A stretch of 61,924 bases of DNA, the filler included, from Globobulimina sp. (taxonomy: Eukaryota), in the NCBI GenBank assembly GCA_003354225.1. It is 22 parts of 22 records of this genome, joined end to end, with 100 filler letters (N's around TTAATTAATTAA, not from the genome) between each part and the next. Parts side by side here need not be neighbours in the genome. Positions count along the whole stretch, not along the records: positions 1 to 2,722 come from PIVH01005193.1; positions 2,823 to 5,544 come from PIVH01005194.1; positions 5,645 to 8,365 come from PIVH01005195.1; positions 8,466 to 11,186 come from PIVH01005196.1; 18 more parts are not named here. The stretch is one strand, 5' to 3'. How positions within the stretch are numbered: position 1 is the stretch's first letter; each line of letters opens with the position of its first letter. A program made the translations under genes and the position numbers. Under the pieces are notes generated by a model. That model made no database searches. It saw only the letters and a list, made by a program, of their open reading frames with translations, and had not been told where the DNA came from. Shown piece by piece: positions 1 through 11,286 of the stretch.

Positions 1-1
1 A

Positions 2-994
2 AGCACCAATACGAAAGAAATCGTTTAATCTGCGTCTGGAGTGCATGTACGATGATATTGTAATGACTGCCAATACAAATACTATAACCAACATAATTAA
101 AGTATCATCATTCAATATATTTGGGGCACCATTCTCTACAATGGATACTTCTTTATCGGTAGATGCGGTTGCTTCTGATGTACTTTGTGTGGCTGTGGTT
201 GGTATAATTGTTGTAGGGTCAGACGTGGTCGGTGCGGATGTTGTTGGTACAGTAGTCGGTGCTGATGTTGTTGGGTCTGATGTTGTTGGGTCTGACGTAG
301 TCGGTGCTGGTGTTGTTGGTACAGTAGTCGGTGCTGTTGTTGGTGAATAGGTTGTTGGATTTTTTGAAGGTTCCACAGTTGGTTCATTCGTTGGTTCATT
401 CGTTGGTTCATTCGTAGGATATGCTGTGGGTGAAGGTGTAGGAGACGGTGTTGGTGGTGGTGTGGGTGAAGGTGTTGGGTTGGGAGTGATTCTTCGGCCG
501 CCTAGGCGGAGATTGTTGAAATAACAATCCGCTGTAGAATTACCATCGATTAATACTTCGATGAGCACACTTGAGTCATCATTGAATGAGTTAGAAAGGT
601 CTAACAACAGTGTCTGTTCGCCCCACGCATAGTCCACATACCGCGATGTAGTGTTATGTGTACCTCCAACGTACACATAACAATAATCCGTAGTGGCAAA
701 ATTAACGACTTGTATGTCAAGTGAGAGCCATATGTCCCAATATCCAGAGAAACTAAAGGATTTCCAAAAATGCCCATCGTCACCGGTTGCGCTCCCAATT
801 GCAGCGTAACATCGTGTAGAGAATGGACAGTTGGTGTTGGAGGAAGGCGTGTCGTAATTGCCTGATGCGGACCAACCTGATGTCATTGAATCTGTGCGGA
901 ATATAGTGCCCGTTGGATAGTTGGCTTTTGGTGTCTTAATGTTACAGAAAATAAGTAATATAAACAGTAACGAAAACATGATGTGCGTTGCCAT
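2..994 (-). CDS. Surface/membrane protein: signal peptide, globular domain, Pro/Thr-rich stalk, TM helix (3' partial; absent from ORF track because it has no stop in the window)
   Basis: Manual translation from ATG at 994 (MATHIMFSLLFILLIFC...) is open to the window edge. It contains PTPSPT/PTNEPT/PTTSAPTT repeats, then hydrophobic LIMLVIVFVLAVITISSY and RRRLNDFFRIGA. Confidence 0.85.
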   Translation of the reverse strand, partial: MATHIMFSLLFILLIFCNIKTPKANYPTGTIFRTDSMTSGWSASGNYDTPSSNTNCPFSTRCYAAIGSATGDDGHFWKSFSFSGYWDIWLSLDIQVVNFATTDYCYVYVGGTHNTTSRYVDYAWGEQTLLLDLSNSFNDDSSVLIEVLIDGNSTADCYFNNLRLGGRRITPNPTPSPTPPPTPSPTPSPTAYPTNEPTNEPTNEPTVEPSKNPTTYSPTTAPTTVPTTPAPTTSDPTTSDPTTSAPTTVPTTSAPTTSDPTTIIPTTATQSTSEATASTDKEVSIVENGAPNILNDDTLIMLVIVFVLAVITISSYMHSRRRLNDFFRIGA

Positions 995-1699
995 GCTTTT
1001 CAGGTTTTCAGTTGCTTTGAAATAACTTTTCAGGTTAAAGTTATATATATAAAGGCATTTTTGCTTGTAAAGTAGGCTTGACCACACTAACTCTTTCGTC
1101 ATTTTGCTTGCTTTTTGTGTTGTTGTATTGTGTTTGTATTGTATCAATCAGATAGATTCTAAAAGGAAAGACTTCAATTCTTCGAATTGGCAAAGTTAGA
1201 AATTGCCAAATTTTCACTTTTTGGAAAGTCGATCACAGGTTTCTATTTTGTTTGTTGTGTGAATTAAAGCACATATTTTGTTGTTCTGAATAATATGGAC
1301 TGCTCTACAATCAATTGCAATCAGTTTAATTAGCAGCAGATTTTATGAAGCTAAGGGTGTCATGGTCTCTGGTCTCCGTTTTTTTATTTTGACGATATAT
1401 ATATATACACATGAAAAAAAGAAATAGTTTTAACGAATTGAAAAAAGAAATAAATCCCAATTTTAATTCGCAACAAATCATTAATAAAAATGAACAAAAA
1501 GAAAAAGTATGCGGAGATGAGTGCAATGCAATGCAACGTTGGTTATAGATTTTAACGCATCGATATTTATAAATTACACATAATATGCCAGCATTGATCA
1601 CTTAAGAGTACAGGAAGTACCTATGATATAATAACATTATTATAACTAATTATAATAAGTTATAATATAATTTAAAACTTTATAAACAACTAAATAAAG

Positions 1700-2722
1700 A
1701 CTAAATCTTTATGTATATAACAATATTTAACATTATAATACTAAGTATAACTAGTATTAGCCTATACGAAAATGTGCAAAAACAAACATTTTTGTCAAAA
1801 TTAGCCTATATGAGAATGTGCAAAAACAGTCATTTTTGTCAAAATTTAACCTATATGAAAATGTGCAAAAACAAACATTTTTGTCAAAATTTATAATTTA
1901 AAGATATATATGGCTCGCGCGCTGTTAAAGGGGCAACAAGTGATGGAGGTTGTGTATGGTGATATATTTAGTCTTTATAAGAAGCCATGCAGAGTTTATC
2001 GAAAAAGAAAGACAAAACCAAGATGTTTGGAATGATTTGGGTGGTTGTCTGAAGGGACATCATGTCATTGAATATGAAAAACACGATGCTTTGTTTCAAA
2101 ACTCATTGTAAAAAAATCATAAAACAGCAGAAATCATTTACATGTGGCCCGAATGATTCAATTGTAGGGCAAAATTTGGAAACAACAAAAAAATTTAAAT
2201 TTATGTTATATGATTTTAAAAAAAGGCATAATCACAAGAATTGGAATAAATTATTAAAGAAAGGATATGAATTTATAGATATCTCTAAAACAACTCCAAT
2301 CAGAGATTTTACGCAGTTACAAACAGTATTGCCTTCGACAAATAACTTTGTTATTTAATGTCAAATATACATTTTATCACCATATTTTTTATGTAAAAGT
2401 GTTTGTCACCACACACACAACTCTCCATCACTTTTTGCCCCTTTAACAGCGCGCTAGCTATCTTATATATCTTTAAAATATGAATTTTGACAAAAATGCT
2501 TGTTTTTGCACATTCTCGTATAGGCTAAATTTTGACAAAAATGACTGTTTTTGCACATTCTCATATAGGCTAAATTTTGACAAAAATGTTTGTTTTTGCA
2601 CATTTTCATATAGGCTAAATTTTGACAAAAATGCTTGTTTTTACACATTCTCGTATAGGCTAATACTAGTTATACTTAGTATTATAATGTTAAATATTGT
2701 TATGTACATAAAGATTTAGTTT
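1700..2722. mobile_element. Foldback-like element: long imperfect inverted arms containing 45-bp tandem repeats
   Basis: About 1700-1963 is the reverse complement of about 2406-2720. Arms carry 3 vs 4 copies of a ~45-bp unit (TTAGCCTATATGAGAATGTGCAAAAACAGTCATTTTTGTCAAAAT). The contig ends in the right arm. Confidence 0.75.
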
Positions 2723-2822
2723 NNNNNNNNNNNNNNNNNNNNNNNNNNNNNNNNNNNNNNNNNNNNTTAATTAATTAANNNNNNNNNNNNNNNNNNNNNN
2801 NNNNNNNNNNNNNNNNNNNNNN
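2723..2822. other. Artificial contig-joining spacer (first of 21)
   Basis: N-run + TTAATTAATTAA (stops in all six frames) + N-run, recurring about every 2.82 kb. Confidence 0.99.
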
Positions 2823-3993
2823 TTGCGCTAAAACATCAATCTTAATCGGTATGTTTTTGCCAAACGTCCCTACACAACACGTCATAAAAAAAGAAAAACG
2901 AATCAAGCAAAAAAAATATAATTAAACTCTGTAACTCTCGCACTGCGCCTTCAACGATGTGGTTACCAATGTATAACGACATATTCCTTCCAGCGATAAT
3001 AACATGTCCATGAAAGTTAATAATTTTGCCTCTTTTTGTCAAATGAAACGGGGGAATATATCCTTTGATTGGTTTGGTTTTTAACAGTACCTTTCCGCCA
3101 CCTTTGTAATGTTTGAATTCGTAAACACTTCAATTGATTGTAATAAATGACAAATGCACAGCATACTGTGCCAAAAATATTTATTCCGAATAAATTAAGT
3201 TGTGCTTTATAGCAGAAAATATTTGATTTGTATTTATTAATAGTAACTAAATACGTTGGCATAAGTAACAAGTTTGGAAATAAATAACTGTTGAATAAAT
3301 ATTTTTGTTTCTCAATTTGTTGTCGGTTATATATATCAAGAAGAAGCGTTTACGACTCCAAAGCTTTAAAATAAAGAGAATTAAAATGCAACCTTTTGGA
3401 TAAAATCCTCTCTGTATACACTGTACATCAATTTCAATATTCATCAATCGTTTTAGCATTGGTTGCAACACTAAGATAACATAATCAATCTGAGGCGCAA
3501 ATGATGCATTAGTGCCACCAATGGTCGTTAATGTGCATGGTTGCGGGGAATATAATAATAATGGCAACGCAGTTTGTATCAATAAACAGCAGGCTCCGGC
3601 GGTCTCGATGTCAATCATAAAATCTGTAAAATATTGTTGTTCAGGTTTTGGATAATATTTAACTTCCATTGATTTGACATAATTGCCTTCTACATATCCT
3701 CCGTTTATTTGTTTTACGAGTTCTATTCCTTTTGAATGCTGTTTACGAAGTCCTGGCTTGCTTCTTTTTTTGCGAATATTTATGATATAAACTGGCTGCG
3801 ATAACAGTGCTGAGAAAGTCACACTATTTCGAAGTAATTGACCACCGCCTTCCATCATACTACCATCAATTTCAAGATATTCAAATCCATCTTTGTCGAA
3901 ATTGTTGTCATAACGTTTGTTTCTTTTTTTTCTTTTGTTATAATTATTATGATTATATGATTCATTGTGTTTAAAACCATCCCATTGAGACAT
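2823..3993 (-). CDS. RTCA: RNA 3'-terminal phosphate cyclase, spliced, 3' partial
   Basis: Motifs IDGSMMEGGGQLLR, IRKKRSKPGLRKQH, TAGA, GGTN and RGFYPKG. A GT..AG intron at 3392-3102 rejoins RGFYPKG|GGKV in frame. Confidence 0.93.
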
Positions 3994-4175
3994 TTCGAAA
4001 TAATCGCTTATACAAAAGAAAGTCGAAAAATCTTATCTTTCAAGTAGTAAAAGCTGATAATGCAATGAGCCAAGCGGTTATCAGAAGCCAACCGCTGTCG
4101 AAATCAACCAGTGGAAGATCAAAATATTTCTATGTCAGAAAAGGTACTCCCATTTCCTTCATTTTCTGATATTGT

Positions 4176-5439
4176 TTGAATGACGGTTTTGCAAATTCCA
4201 TCAGCGCCGATGACCTAAAAAAGGGATGCGATGCAATCCATACACTCATCAATGACATTTTGACCTATCCGTACGACAAAGCATATAGACATATTGACAC
4301 AGAATGTTCGATTCGTTATGGGTTAAAATATTGTCAACTGTGGGATTTTCTCATTCCTCCATTGAATCTGAATTAATTTTCAAATATGATGAGGAAAAAT
4401 GCACTCTTGACAAGTTGGCACATTTTGAGAATTTCTTCCATCCGCTCAACATTGCTTCGTATGACTTGGCAATAAATAATAACAACGATAACCCTTCAAA
4501 TGAACAACAAATTGACGCCATTGCCAGAATTGATCAATTACTTAACACATATTATAAACAGAAAGGACTGAATAATTATTTCAATAACAAAATTGGCAAA
4601 TTATTTCAATATACCAAAAGTTGATCGATGAACATATACCAATAGATATCGTATTATCCGACGAATGGAAACCAAAATATGGAACGCAAGGCACTGTAAT
4701 CACCTCCTTCGATTTTACAGCTTTCCCACTGGCCAAAGACATTGACATTGATGACAAACACCGCGCCATATTCTATATTTTGCAATGTTGCTACCAACAC
4801 AATTCAGTACCAACTGATCAAAGTTGTGTTGCTTTTGCTTTTCTAACTAATATATATTATATATGCATACAGTGATAAAAAAGAAATTGGAACAATATCA
4901 AACAGAACAACCAACTCAACCGATAGGCCAACAAAGTGCTGGCGAGGAGTCAAAGGAACAGTGTCCAATGACAGAGTCGAACATTACCTGTATTTGTGGG
5001 GAGTTGCTGTACAAAGTCAGCGATGCTTCGAAATTATACAATGGAAACGGTGCGGGATGCGATATTATTTGGTTTAATAATTATATAAAATTGGAAATAA
5101 ATTATCCGAAAATGACCAGTAAACCAAACAGTGACGTTTTAAAATTGATGTTAATGGATCAGCGTCAGTTTATTCATCTAAAATTAACCCATGCACTGTT
5201 TCCAAATCTTGAATCTGTAACAATTTCGAAACCAGACAATCATGAAAATGGATAAGATGATTGAAAAAGAAATACGATTCGCCTCAAATGAGACAGCAAA
5301 TTCCAACCAAGATCACCAACACTTATTTCATGAAAAATGTTTGATGAAACAAATTATTTGTATCAATTGGAATCGTATCTATTTAAATTATTCTGTCATA
5401 AATATCCGCAAAAATATACACAGAAATTTGCAAAAATAA
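4176..5439 (+). pseudogene. Frameshifted hypothetical gene with a PUB-like N-terminal segment
   Basis: Successive overlapping ORFs with frame switches near 4305 and 4620 that lack splice signals. LINDILTYPYDKAYRHI...ILSTVGF resembles a PUB domain. Confidence 0.4.
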
Positions 5440-5644
5440 ATTTTGAGATTCAAATTGATCGAGAAACCCCAATCACAGAGATAATTATTAAGAAATCAAC
5501 TTAGACTCAATGTAATTATAATTGTACGTGCCTTGTGAGTTATANNNNNNNNNNNNNNNNNNNNNNNNNNNNNNNNNNNNNNNNNNNNTTAATTAATTAA
5601 NNNNNNNNNNNNNNNNNNNNNNNNNNNNNNNNNNNNNNNNNNNN

Positions 5645-6012
5645 GTGGAGCGATAGAAAACGTTGTTGGAAGATCTAATGTGAAATATAATTGTACAAAG
5701 TCAGTAAAACATGCATGGATTAGTATTGATTTTGGACCAAAATTAAAGATTAAACCATCGCATTATACATTGAAACATGCGAAATATAATTTTGAAGGAA
5801 GCAATGATGAGAATAATTGGAAAGTGTTGAAAAAACATGAAACTGATAGAAATTTAAATAAAGGATTCGCAACGCATACGTGGACAATTGATACTGATGA
5901 ATATTTTCAAATGTTTAGGATATATATGGTTGGGGAAAATACCAGTAACAATTGGCATTTATTGTGTTCTGGATTTGAAATATATGGACATTTATTTGGT
6001 AATAATCGTTAA
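5645..6012 (+). CDS. C-terminal galactose-binding/discoidin-like (HECTD1 SUN-like) domain, 5' partial
   Basis: WISIDFG..KIKPSHYTLKH..FEGSND..NWKVLKKH..FRIYMVGEN..LLCSGFEIYG. Confidence 0.7.
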
Positions 6013-6236
6013 ATATATGACATTATCCTTGCACATTCTTATGTTTTTGTATACATTATTGTTTGTACACTATATCACCAAACATTAAAAAACGTTCATT
6101 TTCCTGTCGAATACAATTTTTCCACGCATTGCATACTAGACTTCACCAGTTCACTACGCTCAATAATTAACAATGGGCACCATTCTAATTAAGCTGTTGT
6201 CAATCTATGATAAAGTTTATACACAAAAGTAAGTAA

Positions 6237-8365
6237 TTAAAGAGACATATTTTTTATTTGAATTCCATATTGATTGACATCTACATTAATATATCCATTT
6301 GGTATTTTTAATCCAATCAGAGATGCATTAAAAGATCTTGATTTATTAACATCCATAAATGCATCATATGCATACTTTATATCGTCAGTATTGATAGTAT
6401 TCCATGTCCATGAATACCACGTTGGATTAAAACCAAATAATGTTCTTATCATTGCCTCTGGAAATGCTGCAGCCACATTTGCAATATCTCTTAATGTTTC
6501 TGGCCAAAAATCTCCATTTTCAAAATATTCTGGCCATGCTGGTTGATACGGTGCATTTGGTGCTGGTCTGTACATATTATAATTGTTATCAATCGCAGCC
6601 TGTGTTCCATTCAACCATACATTGGGTGTATACACAGCAATGCCTTGCGACATTGAGCCATAATGTGTGACTAATTCACATTCTTCATATATGCTTATTG
6701 CTCGACTGTAATTATTATCGCCAACGGATAAACTTTCAATACTCATACCATCCAAACCTGGATAGGAACCACCAATGCCCCAATCCGCTCGCATAATTAA
6801 TAAGTTATTTGGCTCGTAAATGGAATCATTTAATGATAATGCTCTGAACCAATGTGAATTGGATGCATATAATTCAGTCATTGCAAAATTATTCATCTCA
6901 TATAATATTTTATTTATCTCATTTTGCAATGTTTGATTACCAATGCCGCCGCCTGTTGCATTAAAAAAATATTAAATATTTTTTATTAACATTTTATAGA
7001 ACACAATTGCAACCTTCTCTGGGTATAAACAATCCCAATTGCTGTGATATATATACATAATCAGCAATGGTTCGAACATTTTGTTTTGTATCATTTGGAT
7101 ATAAACAATTGAATGTACCATCATTATTATACATTAATTTATTTGCCATCTTAATTATATTTATTGCATCATGCCTCATTTGAATCGAGCTCGTATCATC
7201 TAATAATTCAGCAATAGACATCAACATATATGCATTTCCATAGTTCAACGCAGGTATTGCATAAACATAAGTTGGTATAACCTCTAAAAAACATCGTATA
7301 TTGCCACCATAATCGGTAATATATCCATTTGAACCATAAATACTTGGATATGTTTGATAAGCAGTGGCTAATTTAAGTAAATAGTTTTTGACTGAAATGT
7401 TTTTCAATTCAGTTGTTGCTTTGTTCAAAATAATGTCTTCATTTAAAAAGTGTGTATCATTTGTAATTCTAATATATGTGCTAATAAATTGATACGCAGT
7501 CATATAATCAAACATATATGGCGTACTTTGTGGATAACTGTACAAACTGTAAGAATCCCACAGTTGTGGTACTAGAAACGGTTTTGTTTTATTCTCAAAA
7601 AATAATGTATTACTTATAACAAACCGTAACACATCTTTTGTAGCTATCGGGTCCAATAAAGTTAACACATTGGATGTAAACGATAAATCCCACGTAAACT
7701 GACCCGATCCGCCCATAGATGATGCTGCATCTAATTGTGATGGATTACCTTGTGATATCGTATAGGTTCTCTGCGAAATATTTAAATTCACTCTTTCCAA
7801 TGAGATTAAGCTCAATAAACCAACGTAATACATTCTTTTAACTTTATCATTTTCAATATCTAATACTGGTAAGTTACCAGAAAAATGATCGTTGTTTACA
7901 GCAAATGCTTTTTGCCATCTATCCTCCCATAAACTGCAAGCCTCATTCCATTCGGTCATAAAAACACTGTGATCTGAAAAGTGATTTATTTTTTCCGGCG
8001 CGTTTTTACTAACATCGCCAACAGAGAACACAATCAAAATCGTATCCTGTACAGTTATATTATCAATATGAGCAATGAATGTATTTCCCAACACATTCCC
8101 TTCAATTTTCTTCATTCTTATTCTGTATAATACCAATATTAGTATCATTTATAATGTCCACATTCCAATTGAAATTGCTTCGATTTGTGGGCAAATATAC
8201 GCCCCAACCACAAGTAAGTCCGGTGCTGGCTGTCAAATTGACGCCACATGTTTGGAAAATAGGTCCAGTTAGATTTAGTTCAAAGTTTAATGAGGTATTG
8301 AGACTGAGAGTGATATTTGTTTCTATAGTGTATCTTGAGAGACCTAGCCTTTTTTCAAAACCTAA
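6237..8365 (-). CDS. Putative six-hairpin (alpha/alpha)6 glycosidase-like protein, spliced, 5' partial, with an apparent 1-nt frameshift near 8105
   Basis: FSGNLPVL, GQFTWD..LTLLDP and DYGGN..LEVIPTY motifs. A short GT..AG intron at about 6955-7012 joins PREG|GGIGNQ. Confidence 0.6.
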
Positions 8366-9374
8366 NNNNNNNNNNNNNNNNNNNNNNNNNNNNNNNNNNN
8401 NNNNNNNNNTTAATTAATTAANNNNNNNNNNNNNNNNNNNNNNNNNNNNNNNNNNNNNNNNNNNNAATTCCAAGACTATCGTGCAAAAATTGATGCACAT
8501 TTTCCGAAGCAGCAGCTCTCGAATAATTATAATATTCCGGCCTCGAATAATTATAATGATAATGTATCAAACTTAAACGTATCAAACTTAAACGTATCAA
8601 TTCCACCAACTCATGATATTGCTCCAAATCCCCACACTAATATATGTCCACCACACAGCTATGTGCAATTTCAGGGAGAACAAGTATTATTTTGTCGATC
8701 ATGTGGGGATATTTTAACGATGGATGACTTTCAATGACTAAGCTCCGAATTTAACTTTCAATGACATTCAATTGATGCAACCTAATGCCTTGCTAACGAC
8801 ATTCAAATTGATTCAACTTATGAATTAATTCAGCAACTTGACCCTGTCATCATTCTCTAACTCTAGCTATATATAGTGAAGCTTTAGTCAGTCAGCATCT
8901 TTTCTACTTTTTCGACAATGACAGTTATGAAATAAGAAATTAATTTGGCTTATCAGGTACAATTTCAATCAAACAATTCAATTTTTATCAACACATTCAA
9001 CTAAACTAAATCCAATTCGGATCAAACTAATCCAATTTCAATTCCAAAACAATTCCAATTTCAATTCCAAAACAATTCCAATTTCAATCAATTCGGATGA
9101 ATGAGACAGACAAACCTGATCCAAGTGACTACTATAATCGTCCTCACTTACTGACGCAAGTCCATCATATACGAGGTTCCGAGTATTATCGCCAATCACA
9201 ATCTCCATCACAACCTGCCAAACCTGCAATCAAAAGGGAGCGCCAATATTATGAAGAACTTCCCCCATCAAAACGACGTAATAATAAAAACAATTCGCCA
9301 CCGATTAAAAATAATAAAAAAAATCCGTTAAGCAACAATCCATACATCGACTTTCAGCCAATATCAAGACCCCA

Positions 9375-10010
9375 TTGCAATTGCCACCAACATCACATAG
9401 ATTTAATAGTTTGGTTGCAAAACAGAAACAAAGTGCATTAAATGCCAAATTAAAGCCGATTTATGATAATATTGGCAGTGATGTACAACAACAACGTAAA
9501 CAAAAACCATCACATCCAACCTATAATAAATCAATATTTATTCCATCGCAAATACACCAATTATCCAACGATAATATCCAGCATAAACAACGTAATGATC
9601 CCGTTTTGTATGCTATTATCGATTATTTGCAAACTAACAATGCGCATTTATTGGATGATTTGCCATCGTATCTATATCATACTGTAATGAATGGGCGATA
9701 TTACCTGAATCATAATAAAATATTAATGTGCAAAATCAAGAAAATGAATTGTGTGGTCGTACCAAGCTCGTTACTTAGCAGTGGGTTACATTGGGCGTAT
9801 TCGGATAAACATGAACCATATTCGGATAAAAATCATGATTCAAATTCGGGTCATGAACCATATTCGGATTCAGATTCAGATGAACCAAACTCGGATGAAC
9901 ATGAACATGAACCATATTCTGATTCAGATTCAGATGAACCATATGAATGGACTCGTAATCGGTGGGATCCAAAATCAAAATATCAATCAAAAATCAATCG
10001 ACTTAAATAA
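9375..10010 (+). mobile_element. Degenerate Ty3/Gypsy-like pol fragment (region preceding the integrase Zn finger)
   Basis: QRNDPVLYAIIDYL...YYLNHNKIL...VVVPSSL...LHWAY matches the pre-integrase Q..DP.L..I / VVP..L...AH pattern. It breaks off into a CATGAACCATATTCGGAT-type repeat. Confidence 0.55.
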
Positions 10011-10454
10011 ACATCCGCGAACAGATTGGTTCTACCATGAATTTTTATATCCATGATTTTTTATAAATTTGTGTTTTTTTTTTGGATTTTTAATATTTTT
10101 AATTGAGTCGAATATCAATGGCAGTCGAAAATGAGTCGAAGAAAGTAATAATAATCTTTCAGATCTCCAAAATACTTGCACAAGATTTCCAAAATACTCA
10201 GTTAAAAACTCAAAACTACTAAGCAGCAATGGATGAGTCTACAAATACGAATCAACAACGACCACCGCATAAACGACCACGAGAACAGGAGTTACCAATG
10301 CAAAGACAAACACCGACAATTCAGATGATAACGCAACAGATGATAACGCAACAAAATGGTCGTATTAAATTTAAACAGACTGCATACAAAAACTAATATT
10401 TTATCACACTGAAAATCACAACTGCGTAACGCAGCCATAGCAATAAGACATCAT

Positions 10455-11060
10455 TCATTCATTCATTATCTTATCTCTCTGTCCACTTTCCGCATCGCTG
10501 TCACTCTCACTCTCATTCTCCTCAACATCTCCATTATTGCTATTATTCCCAACCATCTCGCGCTTAATCTTTCTCTTCCATTTCCTCACCGGATGGTCAC
10601 TAACGTCGACCGCTTTCATTGTTGTATTATCCCATTCTAATTCGTAATGTTTCTCATTATTCGTCGTAAACTCTCGCACAATCTCACATTTCCAATTTCT
10701 GGACGCATTGTCCTCGCCATCCCGATCATTCTCATAATCCCTTATTTTGTGATCTCTGTCCTCAACATCACACTCCAAGGCAGAAATGCGACTGGTTAAT
10801 TTCAATTTTTTTTTCTCTAATTTTTCATATTTCCTCTGAAGTTTACGGAAACGATCCGTCTCATATTCTTCACGTTCCATAGTTTCATCTCTCAACTTTA
10901 CAAACTTGTCCGCATATTTGGCGCATTTTATTTCTAATTTTTGATATTCATCTGTTTTTCTTTTTTTTTTCGGTGGTGACTCGTCGGTGTTTGTCTTTGC
11001 GTTGTTGGTATTTTGATCATTTGGGTCCTGTTCTCGTGTGCGTTTATCTGGTGACGACAT
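10455..11060 (-). CDS. Small nuclear protein: NLS, coiled coil, possible chromo-like domain, acidic tail
   Basis: PPKKKRK NLS, heptad-rich middle, WKCEIVREFTTNNEKHYELEWDNT segment. Confidence 0.6.
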   Translation of the reverse strand: MSSPDKRTREQDPNDQNTNNAKTNTDESPPKKKRKTDEYQKLEIKCAKYADKFVKLRDETMEREEYETDRFRKLQRKYEKLEKKKLKLTSRISALECDVEDRDHKIRDYENDRDGEDNASRNWKCEIVREFTTNNEKHYELEWDNTTMKAVDVSDHPVRKWKRKIKREMVGNNSNNGDVEENESESDSDAESGQRDKIMNE

Positions 11061-11286
11061 GCTCGCACTGTAAAGAAATTGTTTTTAGTGACATCATGAC
11101 AAACCATGACAAACGAGACGTGGATTTTGGTTAATATGGTGCGGATGCGAGTGAGTAACGAACACAATAACTTATAGTTAAGTTTTNNNNNNNNNNNNNN
11201 NNNNNNNNNNNNNNNNNNNNNNNNNNNNNNTTAATTAATTAANNNNNNNNNNNNNNNNNNNNNNNNNNNNNNNNNNNNNNNNNNNN

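Noticed and set aside
1757-2663. 45-bp repeats as a CRISPR array or repeat-protein genes
   Set aside because: Units are directly adjacent with no unique spacers and no cas genes. The MCKNKHFCQNLAY ORFs are by-products of a 45-bp period.
2723-2822. Regularly spaced TTAATTAATTAA motif every ~2.82 kb
   Set aside because: Artificial six-frame-stop linker embedded in Ns; the periodicity reflects length-sorted contigs.
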